A stretch of 63,123 bases of DNA, the filler included, from Octopus bimaculoides (Eukaryota): the NCBI RefSeq assembly GCF_001194135.2. It is 7 parts of 7 records of this genome, joined end to end, with 100 filler letters (N's around TTAATTAATTAA, not from the genome) between each part and the next. Parts side by side here need not be neighbours in the genome. Positions count along the whole stretch, not along the records: positions 61,559 to 63,123 come from NC_068996.1; 6 more parts are not named here. The stretch is one strand, 5' to 3'. A program made the translations under genes and the position numbers. A model generated the notes under the pieces. The model saw nothing but the letters and a program-made list of their open reading frames with translations, did no database searches and was not told the DNA's origin. Shown in pieces: positions 61,618 to 63,123 of this stretch (within the stretch, counting starts at the first letter, position 1; every line of letters starts with the position of its first letter).

Positions 61618-62432
61618 CTCTCCCGTCTGCGCTCCAGGGAGTAGAGACCTAGTGCCTTCAGTCGCTCTCTGTAGTTCATCTGTTGGACCGTGGCGATCTT
61701 TTTTGTATAGTGACGCTGAATTGCCTCGAGTTTTGCTGTCCGCTTGACACTGTGTGGTGACCACAACTGAGAGCAATAGTCTAGGCGGCTCAGAACAAAT
61801 GTCTTCCATAGAGTCAACATGACTTGTTGATCCCTTGTTTGGAATGTCCTCAGTATCCACCCTGCCAGTTGCCTGCACTTTGCTGTCAACTTGACAGCGT
61901 GCATGTGAAATGATGCATCACTACACATGTTGATGCCCAGGTCTCTTACTGTTTGTGGTTCTGGGATTGCAGTACCTCCAGGTCCTGTGTATGCCAGTTG
62001 GGAGGCACTTGGTATGCCAGTTGGGAGGCAGTACTTGAAATTTTTTTGCATTGAACTGCATATTATTTTGCTCTGCCCACTCGTATATTGCATTTAGGTC
62101 ATTCTGCAAGCTTATAATATCATCAGGATTCTTTATTGCCTGAGATAGTTTTGTGTCATCAGCATAGCTAGTGACAGTGACTCTCCGAGTGTCTGTGGGC
62201 ATGTCCAAAAGGGCCACTATGAACAGTAGTAGCCCCAGAACAGTTCCTTGCAGAACACCGCTCAATATTTGCGTTTCCCTAGATAGTTCTCCATTGGCTG
62301 CAACTGCCTGACTTCTACCATTCAGTAAGTCATGCAGCCATTCTCCTAATTTACCAGCTATGCCAAGGTTTCGCAGCTTGTGACATATCAAGCCATGATC
62401 AACTTTGTCAAAGGCTTTTGCAAAGTCGAGAT
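61618..62432 (-). mobile_element. CR1/L2-type LINE reverse transcriptase fragment (frameshifted, truncated at both ends)
   Basis: IYLDFAKAFDKVDHGL..SGVLQGTVLGLLLF..YADDTKL..LQNDLNAIYEWAEQNNMQFNAKK / VRDLGI..FVLSRLDYCSQLWSP..LEAIQRHYTK..LKALGLYSLERRRER. A 23-bp tandem duplication near 61990-62035 shifts the frame. Confidence 0.92.
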
Positions 62433-62641
62433 ATATATATATATATAAATATAATTAAGGGATCAGCAAAATATTTGCTTCACCATATACTGAAGTTCAG
62501 AAAAATAGCAGCTAAAAAAGCTGAGAATCTCACAGATAGCATCACTTGTAACTCACAAAGGTAAAAAGAAGAAAAAGAACAAGAAAAAAAGAAGAAGAAA
62601 AAGACAAAAACAATTGATAATTCCTTTACCCTTTTAATTTG

Positions 62642-62687
<46 letters not shown>

Positions 62688-62794
62688 TACATATATATAT
62701 ATATAAAAATATATATATACATATATATATACACATATACATATATATATATATACACACATATATACACATATATAAATACATATATATATAC

Positions 62795-62827
<33 letters not shown>

Positions 62828-62832
62828 TATAT

Positions 62833-62865
<33 letters not shown>

Positions 62866-62913
62866 CACACACATATATATACATTTATGTATATATATAC
62901 ATATATATATGTA

Positions 62914-63123
62914 TCATCATCATCATCATCATCATCATCGTTTAACGTCCGCTTTCCATGCTAGCATGGGTTGGACGATTTGACTGAGGACTGGTGAAAC
63001 CGGATGGCAACACCAGGCTCCAGTCTAATTTGGCAGAGTTTCTACAGCTGGATGCCCTTCCTAACGCCAACCACTCAGAGAGTGTAGTGGGTGCTTTTAC
63101 GTGTCACCCGCACGAAAACGGCC
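62914..63123 (-). mobile_element. RTE-related 3' tail element ending in (GAT)n
   Basis: Minus strand GTGGTTGGCGTTAGGAAGGGCATCCAGC..CCAACCCATGCTAGCATGGAAAGCGGACGTTAAAC(GAT)n. Related pieces at 57377-57630 (+), 59545-59720 (-), 61141-61170 (-), 61559-61617 (+). Confidence 0.75.

Overview
This is AT-rich, microsatellite-dense eukaryotic DNA with about 9 kb of N gaps. The repeat families and composition point to an octopus/coleoid cephalopod draft assembly (inference). Only one credible host gene is present: an intronless-CDS class A (rhodopsin-like) orphan GPCR at 38195-39466 (+), preceded by a strong splice acceptor, so it has unseen upstream 5' UTR exon(s). The rest is transposon debris and simple repeats: several tRNA-head SINE families, R4/Dong-like RLE retrotransposon 3' ends sitting in (TAA)n tracts, CR1-like and RTE-like RT fragments, a Penelope GIY-YIG fragment, MULE, mariner and Tigger-like transposase relics, two hAT-type MITEs, a solo LTR and a miniature LTR element with a tRNA-Trp primer-binding site. 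The ORF track misses several structures: (i) at least six minimal type I hammerhead-ribozyme-like motifs of the Penelope type, two with an intact catalytic core (21051-21140 minus; 44568-44615 plus); (ii) a foldback-like structure of inverted 32-bp minisatellite arrays (41679-44365); (iii) chains of different TAA-targeting retroelements stacked in one another's tails; (iv) an isolated 106-nt hairpin at 8094-8199. Nearly all other ORFs in the track are microsatellite or gap artefacts. All alignments and folds were done by eye.
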